A DNA stretch of 64,000 nucleotides from Nitrososphaeraceae archaeon (GTDB lineage Archaea > Thermoproteota > Nitrososphaeria > Nitrososphaerales > Nitrososphaeraceae). A program made the position numbers and the translations under genes. This document shows, piece after piece, positions 10,252 to 20,579 of the stretch (within the stretch, counting starts at the first letter, position 1; each line of letters starts with the position of its first letter). The notes beneath the pieces are model-generated. The model saw only the letters and a program-made list of their open reading frames with translations. It ran no database searches and was not told where the DNA came from. The stretch covers positions 1-64,000 of the forward strand of contig JBIOZG010000017.1 of NCBI GenBank assembly GCA_044870765.1. Direction: 5' to 3'.

Positions 10252-10374
10252 TTGTCAGAAAATAGTGACATTCCAAGGGCAAAGAAAAAAACAACTAAGA
10301 AAGGAATTTTAATAACGATTCTAATTGTCGCTGGAGTAGTTGCTGCAAGTTTTCTGGTATATCTAATACCATAA
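10252..10374 (+). CDS. Small single-TM protein (40 aa, not in ORF track)
   Basis: TTG start; SENSDIPRAKKKTTKKGILITILIVAGVVAASFLVYLIP*; CTTATATA box about 25 bp upstream. Confidence 0.5.
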   Translation: MSENSDIPRAKKKTTKKGILITILIVAGVVAASFLVYLIP

Positions 10375-10667
10375 TAGAGAACGTTTATTCAATCTATCTC
10401 TGTTTCAGTATAAAAAAGAAGAAAATTAATTAAGCGACTATTCTTAGCATTTTGCATAATACTATCGAACATCCCTTAGCGATCTGTTCTTTCTTGCAAA
10501 AGTCATGTACCTTCTTCGAACATTTCTTTCAAAGGAACAATGAACTTGAGACTGAAATCCTCCGGACTACTCTTCATTCTCAGAATTTGATGAACGTATA
10601 TTCCACTTCATATGCAATCTTTAGTATTAAAAGGTAAAAAAATGTCTTTGGTAATTTTGTCAATCAG

Positions 10668-11279
10668 CTAACCAGTTAGAGTTAAGTTGACCTGAGGTAC
10701 GACTGTTCTGGCAAGAAGCGTGGCTTCATACTGAGGATACTGTTTATACCCCCAAGCTTTTGCTCCAAGAAAGCCATTATCATTAAACACATTATTCGGA
10801 AATGTTCGAATATGAAGATTATAATCTCTTACACCATCATTGTATGCTGTCCTGCTAACAGAAATTCTATTTTCGGTACCGGCCAATTCATCCATTAATC
10901 TTGTTACTGTACTATCGGACTTTAGCTCAGGATATGCCTCATAAGTTGCTATGATCTTACTCAGGGTAGCTTCAAGTTGATTGCTTAGGTTAACGCGTTG
11001 GGCCGTATCTGGTGTTTTCATCCACTGTGATCTAAGCTCAGTAATATCCTCTAGTGTTTGACGTTCAAACTGCATATAGCCCTTGACTGACGATACCAAA
11101 TTGGGTATTAGGTCATATCTCCTTTGTAGTTGGGTGTCTACGTCTGCAGCTCTTTTTTTAACAGATTCATCTTTTGCCTGTACGCCGTTATATCCTGATA
11201 TATACATAGAATAGAGACTTGCAAGTATTATAATCACTAGTACCACAATTCCGATACCAACTTTTAGTGCTGTTCTCAC
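10668..11279 (-). CDS. lemA: LemA family protein
   Basis: QLQRRYDLIPNLV, EAYPELKS, ELAGTENRISVSR..YN..V..YN...FPNN. Confidence 0.95.
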   Translation of the reverse strand: MRTALKVGIGIVVLVIIILASLYSMYISGYNGVQAKDESVKKRAADVDTQLQRRYDLIPNLVSSVKGYMQFERQTLEDITELRSQWMKTPDTAQRVNLSNQLEATLSKIIATYEAYPELKSDSTVTRLMDELAGTENRISVSRTAYNDGVRDYNLHIRTFPNNVFNDNGFLGAKAWGYKQYPQYEATLLARTVVPQVNLTLTG

Positions 11280-11366
11280 AACATTTCACTATAAGTTTCT
11301 TTCAATTCATAGGACCTTATTAAACGCACTGCATTATCTCATCTGCCAAAACAAAAAGCGTGACTG

Positions 11367-12314
11367 TTATCTCCCTGCGCCGCCGCCACCGGAAGTGCCG
11401 CCGCCGCCACCCGAACCTCTACCGATGTAACCTCCAGCTGAACCTCCGCCACTTGACCAGCCTAGTCCGCCTCCCAGAATTCCTCCCAAGCCAAATCCGC
11501 TGCCTCCTAATCCACCTCTGCCCCGTCCTCCTAGACCAAATCCTCTTCCTCTGCGTTTTCTACCGAAATAGATTGACAAACCAATGAAGCAAATAACAAT
11601 TATGAATGGTATTAGGACCTGCCAAGTGTCTGCCTCTGAGCTGGGTTCATATTCTCGATATATCTGATCCTCGTTATTATAACCAATCTTCTGTCCAAGT
11701 GCTATAACTGTAGTTAGGAATGCTTTATCAAGAACTTCGAGATCTCGTGTAGCTTCATAATCTTGTCTTGCCGGAACAAGATAAGAGTCTAAGATTGTTC
11801 CTGCAGTCCCATCGGTAATGTTTCCCTCCAGTCCTCTACCTACCTCTATTCTCATTGACCCTCTGGCCGCATCACGCTCCGAGGAAAATAATATCAGAAC
11901 ACCGTTATCCTTCCCTTTTTTTCCGATCCCCTTCGTTCCATCTAAAGTAACTTCATTAAATAAATAATTTGCAAGAGTGTCCCTATCATTGATTTCTACC
12001 CCATCTTTCTTTATTCCGTGACCAATAAAACTTGGAATAGTATATATTACTATTTCTGCGGAGGTTTGCCTGTCCAAGTTACGGAGATATCCATCAATTA
12101 ACGGTCTGTATTTGTTATTTATCAAATTTGCATTGTCGTACAGATATTGTGGTCTGGTGCTACCGTCAGATGGAGAAGAAAAGGAAGTCTGATGTAAGAA
12201 ACTGGATATGAAAATGAGGGTTAAAATGGAAAATATTGCTAACTTGACGGAATTAGAATTATTCACTTCAAATATTTGTATAACCTTATTTACAAAGATT
12301 TTGATTGTATCCAT
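11367..12314 (-). CDS. TPM-domain (YgcG-like) membrane protein with Gly-rich tail
   Basis: GIGKKGKDNGVLIL, RIEVGRGLEG.ITDG, TM, GGGGTSGGGGAG; co-oriented with lemA. Confidence 0.92.
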   Translation of the reverse strand: MDTIKIFVNKVIQIFEVNNSNSVKLAIFSILTLIFISSFLHQTSFSSPSDGSTRPQYLYDNANLINNKYRPLIDGYLRNLDRQTSAEIVIYTIPSFIGHGIKKDGVEINDRDTLANYLFNEVTLDGTKGIGKKGKDNGVLILFSSERDAARGSMRIEVGRGLEGNITDGTAGTILDSYLVPARQDYEATRDLEVLDKAFLTTVIALGQKIGYNNEDQIYREYEPSSEADTWQVLIPFIIVICFIGLSIYFGRKRRGRGFGLGGRGRGGLGGSGFGLGGILGGGLGWSSGGGSAGGYIGRGSGGGGGTSGGGGAGR

Positions 12315-12462
12315 TGCTCATCAATATTTCCGATTATTTGATCCCAAGTAGTTTGTGATCTCCTAAAAGGATAAGATGAGGATCATAAACTAACCAATAG
12401 ACAAATCGACTAACAGGTTGCCTAATATAAGGTATAGATTATTCCATTTTCAAGATAATTAG

Positions 12463-13884
12463 TTGGGACCGGTTACAATAATGAAGTTTGGAGGTAGCAC
12501 CCTAGGAGAGGATGGTGTGTGCATTGACAAAATAATCGAGAGAATAAATGAAAAGATAAAAAGGCGAAGTAAGGTAGTTGCCGTTTTTTCTGCACCCCTA
12601 ATTAGATACAGAGGCAAATTAAGCTCAATTACGGATATAGCAATTCATATTGGAAAGAATTATGCACAATCCAATCCAATTGAAATTGATGTGTTACGCG
12701 ATGTGTATGAAAACATTGCATCAAGTAACCTTACTGAGGAGTATCACAAAAAATTTTCTGATGAAATCAATAAATTCCATAAAGAAGTAATTGTCTCCCT
12801 CAAACAAGCGGCAGAAAATCGCAGATTTGTTGATGTTACTAGATCAAGAACTCTTGCATATAGCGGCGAGATACCTATGTCATATTTAATGGACTATGTA
12901 TTAAGAAGCAAGAATATTAGGTCAGCTCATGTGGAGTTAGAACGATGGCCAATAATAACCGATGACAATTTTGAAGCTGCTAATTTTTTAATAGATGAAT
13001 CCAGGGCAAAATCTGAGCATTTTTATCAATTAATTGAAAAAAATAATGTAGTGACTATAGGGGGTTTCATAGGAAAAACTATCGACGGACTAGAAACAAC
13101 TTATGAGAGAGGAGGTTCGGATAGATCCGCGGCTGATGTTGCCATATTGTTGAACGAAAATTACAAGGCAGAATTGGATTTTGAAAAAGATAATGCGGTA
13201 TTGAGTGCGGATCCAAAAATAGTAAAAAAAGAGTTAGACAGTATCAAATTTCTGTCTTATAATGAGGCAAGATTGGCTGGTATGTTTGGTATGAAGATAC
13301 TTGATCCTCTGGCTATTAAGGAAATCGATAATAACAATATGGATATACCAATTGTAATTACTAATATGAATAATCCATCTAATACTACAACAATATCAAA
13401 AACCTCCGCCGATCAAGCAGGAAACCTTGTTAAGATTGTTACTGGTAAGAGAAACTGTGCCATAGTTCGTATGGAAAGTATTGCAGCATCACACCTATTG
13501 GCATCACTTGAAAGTGATAAGCAATATCATGACTTTCTTAAATTATCTCCCTATAAGAAAGAAGGAATTGAAATCACTCGAATCTTGTTTCTTGATGGAG
13601 ACTACGTTCGTCGTAACGAACATCATTTTAAGGCCTACTATTCGAAGACCGAAATAGTATATGATAGAGGCGTTGTTACTTTAATTGGAGATAATATGTG
13701 GAAAAAACCTAAAATTGCCTCTACTACAAGCAGCACGGTCGGAGAACATGGAATTAATATATTGAATTTGGATGCCCAAGAGGAAACTTCTCGTATATTG
13801 ATTATTGTAGATGATTCTAAGGTCGCTGATGCAATAAGGGCAATCCATGATAAGAGAAACAGAATTGATAGAGATGAATTTTAA
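12463..13884 (+). CDS. lysC: Aspartate kinase
   Basis: MKFGGS, ERGGSDRSAA, SADPKIV, LSYNEA, C-terminal ACT domain. Confidence 0.92.
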   Translation: MGPVTIMKFGGSTLGEDGVCIDKIIERINEKIKRRSKVVAVFSAPLIRYRGKLSSITDIAIHIGKNYAQSNPIEIDVLRDVYENIASSNLTEEYHKKFSDEINKFHKEVIVSLKQAAENRRFVDVTRSRTLAYSGEIPMSYLMDYVLRSKNIRSAHVELERWPIITDDNFEAANFLIDESRAKSEHFYQLIEKNNVVTIGGFIGKTIDGLETTYERGGSDRSAADVAILLNENYKAELDFEKDNAVLSADPKIVKKELDSIKFLSYNEARLAGMFGMKILDPLAIKEIDNNNMDIPIVITNMNNPSNTTTISKTSADQAGNLVKIVTGKRNCAIVRMESIAASHLLASLESDKQYHDFLKLSPYKKEGIEITRILFLDGDYVRRNEHHFKAYYSKTEIVYDRGVVTLIGDNMWKKPKIASTTSSTVGEHGINILNLDAQEETSRILIIVDDSKVADAIRAIHDKRNRIDRDEF

Positions 13885-14798
13885 TGAATGATAAAAGTAA
13901 GATTTGGATGGATGGCAAATTTGTTAGATGGAATAGTGCAAAAATACACGTTCTGACTCACGGATTGCATTATGGAACATCCGTATTCGAAGGAATTCGT
14001 TGTTACCACACAAAGAAAGGTCCTGCAATTTTTCGACTAGAAGAACATCTCAAGAGACTAATGAATAGTTGCAAAATGTATCATATGAATTTGGAATTTT
14101 CGGAGAAAGAGATTAGAGAGGCTATTATCCAAACTATAAAAATAAATGGTGTAAAGGATTGTTATATACGACCCATTTGTTACTATGGATATGGAAAGAT
14201 GGGAGTAAATCCCTTACCTAATAAAGTATCAATATCAGTTGCTATATGGAATTGGGAAGATCACATAAAAACAAAAAACAACGCAGGAATGAGAGTTATC
14301 GTTTCATCGTGGATCAGAATAGATTCCAGAAGTTTACCTATTCATGCGAAGGCAGCGGCAAATTATGCAAATTCGGCGTTAGCACGTATAGAAGCAATAA
14401 AATCAGGAGTTGACGAGGCGATAATGTTGAATATGAGGGGCATGGTCGTAGAAGGAACTGCCGAAAATATTTTTATGGTAAAGAATAAAATCCTAGTAAC
14501 ACCACCATTAACATCAGGTGCATTGGACGGGATTACAAGATCCAGCGTACTGGATATTGCAGAAGATCTGGGCATTGACTTCCAAATCAGCGATATATCC
14601 CGTGATGAATTGTATAACGCAGATGAGGTCTTTCTAACTGGAACAGCAGCTGAAATTAAATCAATTGGTGAAATTGACAATATAAAAATTGCTGATGGAA
14701 GAACTGGGAAAATTGCAACACAGCTACAGGATGTTTACAATCAAATAGTCCACGGCAAGAACGAAAAATTTGAGAAATGGCTAACGTATATCAATTAA
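13884..14798 (+). CDS. ilvE: Branched-chain amino acid aminotransferase
   Basis: HGLHYGTSVFEGIR, AKAAANY, EGTAENIF, LDGITR, FLTGTAAEI; TAATG coupling with lysC. Confidence 0.95.
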   Translation: MNDKSKIWMDGKFVRWNSAKIHVLTHGLHYGTSVFEGIRCYHTKKGPAIFRLEEHLKRLMNSCKMYHMNLEFSEKEIREAIIQTIKINGVKDCYIRPICYYGYGKMGVNPLPNKVSISVAIWNWEDHIKTKNNAGMRVIVSSWIRIDSRSLPIHAKAAANYANSALARIEAIKSGVDEAIMLNMRGMVVEGTAENIFMVKNKILVTPPLTSGALDGITRSSVLDIAEDLGIDFQISDISRDELYNADEVFLTGTAAEIKSIGEIDNIKIADGRTGKIATQLQDVYNQIVHGKNEKFEKWLTYIN

Positions 14799-14867
14799 CA
14801 GATTGAAAAATTATCTCAACATTCATCTAATTTTCACAAATAAAATAATAAAATAAAACAAAATCCC

Positions 14868-15806
14868 TTAAAGAGGAGATTCATTTAATATTAATGCCAA
14901 CAGAGCTGATCTTAAATCCTTGCCGTAAGATGCTTGCTTAAAATAAATTGCATTTGATTTACTGTCTACATCCTGCGATATTTCATCTATTCTAGGCAAG
15001 GGATGCATAATAGAGATATCAGGTTTAAAGCGTTTCAAAATGTTACTATCAATTGTATACACGCCTTTAACTTTTTCATATTCCTGTGGGTCTGAAAATC
15101 TTTCCTTTTGTATTCTTGTCACGTACAATATGTCTGAATTTTGAAAAACTGTGTCATTTAATTCTGTTAATTCTATAATTTTCATTTTATCCTTTAAACC
15201 ATAAATGGACTCTTGTCGAATTTGTAATGTTGGCGGTGAAACTAAGATGATTTCTACATCATAATTAGAAAGTCCGTATAATAAGGAGTAAATTGTTCTT
15301 CCATATTTCAAGTCCCCCAATATACAAATTCTTAATCCATCAATTTTCTTTTTTTCCTTTGTTATTGTATATAAATCCAGCATAGCCTGTGTTGGATGCT
15401 CTTCACTTCCGCTACCCCCATTAATTATGGGATGATCAGAAATTTCTGCTGCAAATTTGCTTGATCCGTCAAGTTGATGACGCAGAATCATGATATCTGA
15501 ATAAAGATCCATGACCCTCACAGTGTCTTGTAAACTCTCTCCCTTTTCTATTGAAGACGATTTCAGGTCTGATATTCCAATAGAACTACCGCCTATCGAT
15601 GCCATTGCAGCCTCAAAACTCATTCTGGTTCTAGTACTTGGTTCATAAAACAGATATCCCATTATCCTGGCTTTTCCTAATTCGTCCTTTTCTTTGGGAT
15701 TAAGCTTCTTCATCTTATCCGTTTTTTCAAATAAATATTCAAGATCCTCTCTTTTAAAATCCTTAATTGAAACAACATCTCGATTGAAGAATCTATTAGT
15801 CTTCAT
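14868..15806 (-). CDS. pyrB: Aspartate carbamoyltransferase catalytic subunit
   Basis: FYEPSTRTRMSF, HPTQAMLD, GDLKYGRT, MHPLPR. Confidence 0.97.
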   Translation of the reverse strand: MKTNRFFNRDVVSIKDFKREDLEYLFEKTDKMKKLNPKEKDELGKARIMGYLFYEPSTRTRMSFEAAMASIGGSSIGISDLKSSSIEKGESLQDTVRVMDLYSDIMILRHQLDGSSKFAAEISDHPIINGGSGSEEHPTQAMLDLYTITKEKKKIDGLRICILGDLKYGRTIYSLLYGLSNYDVEIILVSPPTLQIRQESIYGLKDKMKIIELTELNDTVFQNSDILYVTRIQKERFSDPQEYEKVKGVYTIDSNILKRFKPDISIMHPLPRIDEISQDVDSKSNAIYFKQASYGKDLRSALLALILNESPL

Positions 15807-15925
15807 TGATTACCATCATCATATTATGTTATAGCGCTTTTACAAAAAGATTCTCATCTATTTTCGATTAATTCATTATTTTTCTCTATAGCATATATTA
15901 GAGATTTTTTAATAAAGTTTGCAAT

Positions 15926-16855
15926 TTGAATAAGATTGGATTATTTTCATTATTTCTTGTTTTGATATTGACATTTGGATTTGTGACGCAAAAAGATATT
16001 GGATACGCATTTGGTCAAAACATCGATCCAACAACCAAAAATGATACTGATACTACTAGACCCATAAATAATACTGTAGTGTTAGATACTAAATCCAATT
16101 TTCAATCACCTGTTTTACCAGATCTAAAAAACTACTCCGTTAAGACTGTAACTTATACTCCAAAATTTCTTTGTGGTAATGTATCCTCTAATGAAGGGCC
16201 CGTAAGACCTGGTCATTATGATACTGACATAAGCATACTTAACAAGCAAGATTATCCGATTAAAATATTTTGGAATGTCATACCTAATGATGGAAATTCT
16301 TCAAATTCAATCATTAAGATCCTTAAACCTGAAAGCTCTACAGGTATCACATGCAAAGACATTCTTCCATTAGTTACCATAAGTAAGAACTTGTTGGAGG
16401 GATTTGTATTATTGTCTTTACCTATTAGTGACGGTATGATTAGTGCATTCCCTGATCCTAATAATCCTCAAGTGTCAATTTTAAAATCTGTTAATGAACA
16501 GCAAACAAATCTGATCGACGTCCAAGTTTTTTATACGGCAAATGCATTGCCCCAACTTCCCAATGAAATGCTTTTTAGTAAAATTGATTTTAGAATATTA
16601 AATGATTCTAGCGGAAAAATACCCAAGGCATTATTAGGGCAACTATTGGAAGTTACATTGATTTCCAGCACTAATCAAATTTACGATCAATTATCTCGTA
16701 TAAATTCTGTATTAAAGGAAAGATTTGGTTTATCTGACTCTGAAATCAACGCTACTAGTATCAAAATAGAGGATTCTAGTATAGACACTCTTTTTCCCCC
16801 CGATGATCACGCTATATCATCTTCGCGTCTAACTCCGAACATATACCTTAAGTAA
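15926..16855 (+). CDS. Hypothetical secreted protein
   Basis: Signal peptide; YTPKFLCG...PGHYDTDISILN motif; Asn/Ser/Thr-rich. Confidence 0.75.
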   Translation: MNKIGLFSLFLVLILTFGFVTQKDIGYAFGQNIDPTTKNDTDTTRPINNTVVLDTKSNFQSPVLPDLKNYSVKTVTYTPKFLCGNVSSNEGPVRPGHYDTDISILNKQDYPIKIFWNVIPNDGNSSNSIIKILKPESSTGITCKDILPLVTISKNLLEGFVLLSLPISDGMISAFPDPNNPQVSILKSVNEQQTNLIDVQVFYTANALPQLPNEMLFSKIDFRILNDSSGKIPKALLGQLLEVTLISSTNQIYDQLSRINSVLKERFGLSDSEINATSIKIEDSSIDTLFPPDDHAISSSRLTPNIYLK

Positions 16856-16935
16856 AATTTGAACAATCAGTTATAATTCTACTGCAAATTAAACAAGATG
16901 TAAATTCAATTCACACAAAGATTTTACGCAACGAA

Positions 16936-17598
16936 TCATATCTTTAGCGCTCTAGTAATCATTATTAATTCAGGTCCAGTAGTTAAACTTCCTACTATTG
17001 CTGATTTGAAATTAGCGATGATACCCGATGACAGAAACGGTGATCCACCATTGATGGTTGCTGGTTCTGCTTCGACTTGAAGTATTTCTGCTATGCTCTT
17101 TATTTCCCGATCATTGGCATTCGGATGAACAATAGCTCCAGCATTTGTAGTCACAACCATTGATCCAACCTGGACATAGCCACTTATGGACATTGTTTGA
17201 ATAGGAACGCCCAATACATCTCTAATACTTTGGTGCACTTCACCATTGAATAAACTTGAAACTATTGCTCCTTTATCGTTGGCTAGAATTAAGTTTCCAA
17301 TTGCAGTAAACTTACTTTCTAGTCGTTCTACATTCAATCCTGTCTGCTTAAGGATTTGAATCTCTTCATCTGAAGCTGTTGATGGTAATAACATTCCATT
17401 GTTATTCATGACGGACATGGGTCCAATCAATCTGGTCCCAGCGATAGAAACATGTATTATTTTTTTAACATTTAGATATTCTTTAAGTTTTTTAGTTTTC
17501 GTATCTGCAAATCCAAAAGGAATTAGTAGCGTGTTATCATTTGCTCGTAGGAATAGACCCACATTTGGACTCCTGTAGACATCATACTTGTGGATCAA
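16936..17598 (-). CDS. eif6: Translation initiation factor 6 (aIF6)
   Basis: [33 protein letters not shown] repeats. Confidence 0.93.
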   Translation of the reverse strand: MIHKYDVYRSPNVGLFLRANDNTLLIPFGFADTKTKKLKEYLNVKKIIHVSIAGTRLIGPMSVMNNNGMLLPSTASDEEIQILKQTGLNVERLESKFTAIGNLILANDKGAIVSSLFNGEVHQSIRDVLGVPIQTMSISGYVQVGSMVVTTNAGAIVHPNANDREIKSIAEILQVEAEPATINGGSPFLSSGIIANFKSAIVGSLTTGPELIMITRALKI

Positions 17599-17785
17599 GA
17601 GGTGGTTAACCTCTCCACTATGCGAACATCATAAGACAATATTTTTCTTATGGGCGACTAAAATAAGAAACTATCTATTTTGGTTTGTCTTTAAAATATC
17701 TAGGCTATGAAACAGCTACTACCTTGACTATTTGTTGTCAGTCTCCATACAGAGGAACTGATTAGTAGAAAAAATTGAATGAGAT

Positions 17786-20515
17786 TCATCCCGACATACA
17801 AGAGCTAAATCCACATTCTATGCACATATTGCAACCTTCCGTTATTATCAGCCTTGCATTACAGGACGGACACGTTTCGTACTCCTGATAGTCATTAGAT
17901 GATGCATTCATGTTCATTTTTAGTTTAGATTGAGATACATTTACTGTGGTTTCAGTTGCCTCTATTTCTTCTGTATCTCTAAACACTTTTTCAACTTGGC
18001 TCATAACATAATCTTGCTTAATGTTACTATGAATATGGTCAACCACATGGGCGCTTGGCTTTACAATGAATTTTTTCTCTTTGTCATTTCCGGTTATGTG
18101 TAGCACCTGTTCATGTCTAGAGCCATCTCTGTAGACCGTAACGCCCTTCAATCCTAATTCATGTGACAATAGATAAGCAGCCTTGATATCTTCGACCGTG
18201 ACATCAGACGGCATGTTAATAGTTTTTGCTATCGCGTTGCTAATCCATTTTTGCCAAATTGCTTGTGCCATAAGATGATCCGTCCAATGCACATCAATGG
18301 CTGTTACAAATATTTTCTGTAGCCTTTCTGGGATTTCGGCCAATCCTCTCACAGAACCATAGTTATTTGCAATTTTCGTTAAAATTTCATCATTATACAA
18401 GCCATTTTCTTTGAGCATATTTTCAAATATTCTATTTGTGTAAAAGAATCTTCCTACAGTGACCCGTTTTTCGAAAACTAGTGCAAAAACTGGTTCGACT
18501 CCGTTTGAAGTGTCAGCTATCATAGACAATGTTCCCGTAGGTGCAATTGTAGTAGTCCATGAGTTTCTGATTCCATATTTTTCAATCTTCTCAACTAATG
18601 AATCCCAGTCGTAAGAATGGTATCGTTTTGGAATTTCATAGTATCCTGCCACTGGTATCATTTTTCCTTCAACATAATCAGTCTGGTTGAATAATGGAAA
18701 TGCTCCTCTTGCTTTTGCAATCGCAACGCTTTCTTCCATGCTATAGTAAGAAAGTGCTTCAGCTACTCTGTTCATAAACTCGTATCCTTCTTTCGAATTA
18801 TATGGGATCTCTAAGGTAAATAGTAGATCAGCAATACCCATTATTCCAAGTCCGATTCTCCTTGTTAACTGTGTATTATGTTCAATTTCTTCAACCGGAT
18901 ATTTGTTCATATCTATGACATTATCCAAAAATCTGGTCGAAAGACGTATTGCTTGCTCGTAACGTTGCCAATCAAACTCATACTTTCCATCTATATTACG
19001 CTTTACAAAGTTTGCTAAATTGATGGATCCCAAATTGCATGATTCATATGGGTATAATGATTGCTCTCCACAGGGATTTGTTGCTCTAAGTGGTCCTTCT
19101 TTTACGTTGATACATGGATTATATTTATTGATATTATCAAAGAATATAACACCTGGCTCTGCGCTTTTCCACGCACTGAAAGTAATTAAATCCAAGAGCT
19201 GATGTGAGTCAATTTGCGTGACGGGTTCATTGGTAGTTGGATTCTTTAGTATGTATCTATGATTATTTTCATTAATTATCGATTCCCAGAAATCACTCCA
19301 AATTCCAACGCTTACGTTAAAGTTCTCGAATATGCCTGGCTTGGTTTTGGCTGTCACGAACTTTTCGATATCCGGATGCCATGATTCCATGATTCCCATG
19401 TTTGCTCCCCTTCTTTTTCCGCCCTGTTTTACTACATCAGTAATTGTGTCTATAATTCTCATGAACGAGATCGGTCCTGAAGCAACACCAGAGGTAGATG
19501 CTACTATATCGCCTTCGGGACGAAGTTTTGAGTAATTAATTCCAACTCCTCCTCCAGATTTAAAAATCATCGCTGCGTCAGTGGAAGATTTCATAATCTC
19601 CGTCATGTCGTCTTTCATATCTAATACAAAACATGCTGAAAGCTGACCAAGTTTTGCCCCCGCATTCATAAGAGTTGGAGTGTTTGGTAAAAAGTCTTTT
19701 GTCACCATCAGATTATAATATTCAATTATTCTATCAGAGTACTTTGACAGGTGCCCCTCGGCAATAAGCCGCAAAAGGTTCTTAAAGCTAACTTTCATAC
19801 GTCCACTTTTTGCCAAATTAATGTAATGCCTAATCATTGATTCAAAATGAAATTGGTTAAGATAGTGATTGCCAATTTTTAGTTTCAAATGAAAATCATC
19901 TATTTTTTTGTAATATTCTTCAGCTTCAGTAATATTCTGAACTACTACTTCACTATTAGAGTACAATTCTGAATCATGTAATATATCTGGGATTGTTACG
20001 AGAACTGCGACCCGTTCAAAAAGCAATTTCGGATCTTCTACTATTTCATTATTGTTATCTCTTAACAAGTAGCGTGAAGCAAGCACTCTTAGAGAATTAA
20101 TGTCAAATGACTTATCAACTTCGTCCAAATCCTTCTTATTTAGAATTTTCTTCTTTTCATCTCTAATCTTGCGGCGTTCATGTCTGTATAGAATATATGC
20201 CTTGGCAGTTTCTGAAAGTCCCTCTTCAATCAAGATTGATTCAACCATATCCTGGACATCTTCTACACTTGGAACTCGATTGGTATCAAAAACAGAAAAT
20301 TGTTGATCCATTTTTTGTACAACTTTTTCTGATAATCTTTCAGCAAGCTTGTAATCTGTTTTACCTGCTGCCATTAACGCTTTGTAGATGGCATTAGAAA
20401 TCTTTGAATTATTAAAATCAACCAGCCCTTTGTCCCTCTTCCTAATTTGCGCGATAGCTTTTTTATTTGCGTGCGAAGAATCATCAATTTCGGTAATTTC
20501 CTTTGCCATAACCAT
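17786..20515 (-). CDS. nrdJ: Adenosylcobalamin-dependent (class II) ribonucleotide reductase with N-terminal ATP cone
   Basis: ATP cone (IRKRDK...VEDVQDMVE), PNTPTLMNAG, QLSACFV, TNPCGEQ.L..YESCNLGS, TIAPTGT, KTINMP, VYRDGSR, C-terminal CxxC...CxxCGFSSC. Confidence 0.95.
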   Translation of the reverse strand: MVMAKEITEIDDSSHANKKAIAQIRKRDKGLVDFNNSKISNAIYKALMAAGKTDYKLAERLSEKVVQKMDQQFSVFDTNRVPSVEDVQDMVESILIEEGLSETAKAYILYRHERRKIRDEKKKILNKKDLDEVDKSFDINSLRVLASRYLLRDNNNEIVEDPKLLFERVAVLVTIPDILHDSELYSNSEVVVQNITEAEEYYKKIDDFHLKLKIGNHYLNQFHFESMIRHYINLAKSGRMKVSFKNLLRLIAEGHLSKYSDRIIEYYNLMVTKDFLPNTPTLMNAGAKLGQLSACFVLDMKDDMTEIMKSSTDAAMIFKSGGGVGINYSKLRPEGDIVASTSGVASGPISFMRIIDTITDVVKQGGKRRGANMGIMESWHPDIEKFVTAKTKPGIFENFNVSVGIWSDFWESIINENNHRYILKNPTTNEPVTQIDSHQLLDLITFSAWKSAEPGVIFFDNINKYNPCINVKEGPLRATNPCGEQSLYPYESCNLGSINLANFVKRNIDGKYEFDWQRYEQAIRLSTRFLDNVIDMNKYPVEEIEHNTQLTRRIGLGIMGIADLLFTLEIPYNSKEGYEFMNRVAEALSYYSMEESVAIAKARGAFPLFNQTDYVEGKMIPVAGYYEIPKRYHSYDWDSLVEKIEKYGIRNSWTTTIAPTGTLSMIADTSNGVEPVFALVFEKRVTVGRFFYTNRIFENMLKENGLYNDEILTKIANNYGSVRGLAEIPERLQKIFVTAIDVHWTDHLMAQAIWQKWISNAIAKTINMPSDVTVEDIKAAYLLSHELGLKGVTVYRDGSRHEQVLHITGNDKEKKFIVKPSAHVVDHIHSNIKQDYVMSQVEKVFRDTEEIEATETTVNVSQSKLKMNMNASSNDYQEYETCPSCNARLIITEGCNMCIECGFSSCMSG

Positions 20516-20521
20516 CTATAC

Positions 20522-20563
20522 AGCTAGAGTCTAGCTTAAAAATATTATTTTACAAAAATAATA
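20522..20563. promoter_or_regulatory. Two palindromes upstream of nrdJ
   Basis: AGCTAGA-G-TCTAGCT (20522-20536) and TATTATTTT-ACA-AAAATAATA (20543-20563). Confidence 0.45.
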
Positions 20564-20579
20564 CAATGAAGGTTTAAAC

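Noticed and set aside
10431-10637. Short ORFs on both strands downstream of lemA
   Set aside because: Interrupted frames with no recognisable family; at most a decayed remnant
11360-11587. Arg-rich plus-strand ORF and local GC spike
   Set aside because: Antisense to the Gly-rich tail of the TPM protein
19730-20000. Possible intein in the nrdJ insertion
   Set aside because: Short, with no C/S...HN splice motifs or LAGLIDADG; looks like a lineage-specific insertion
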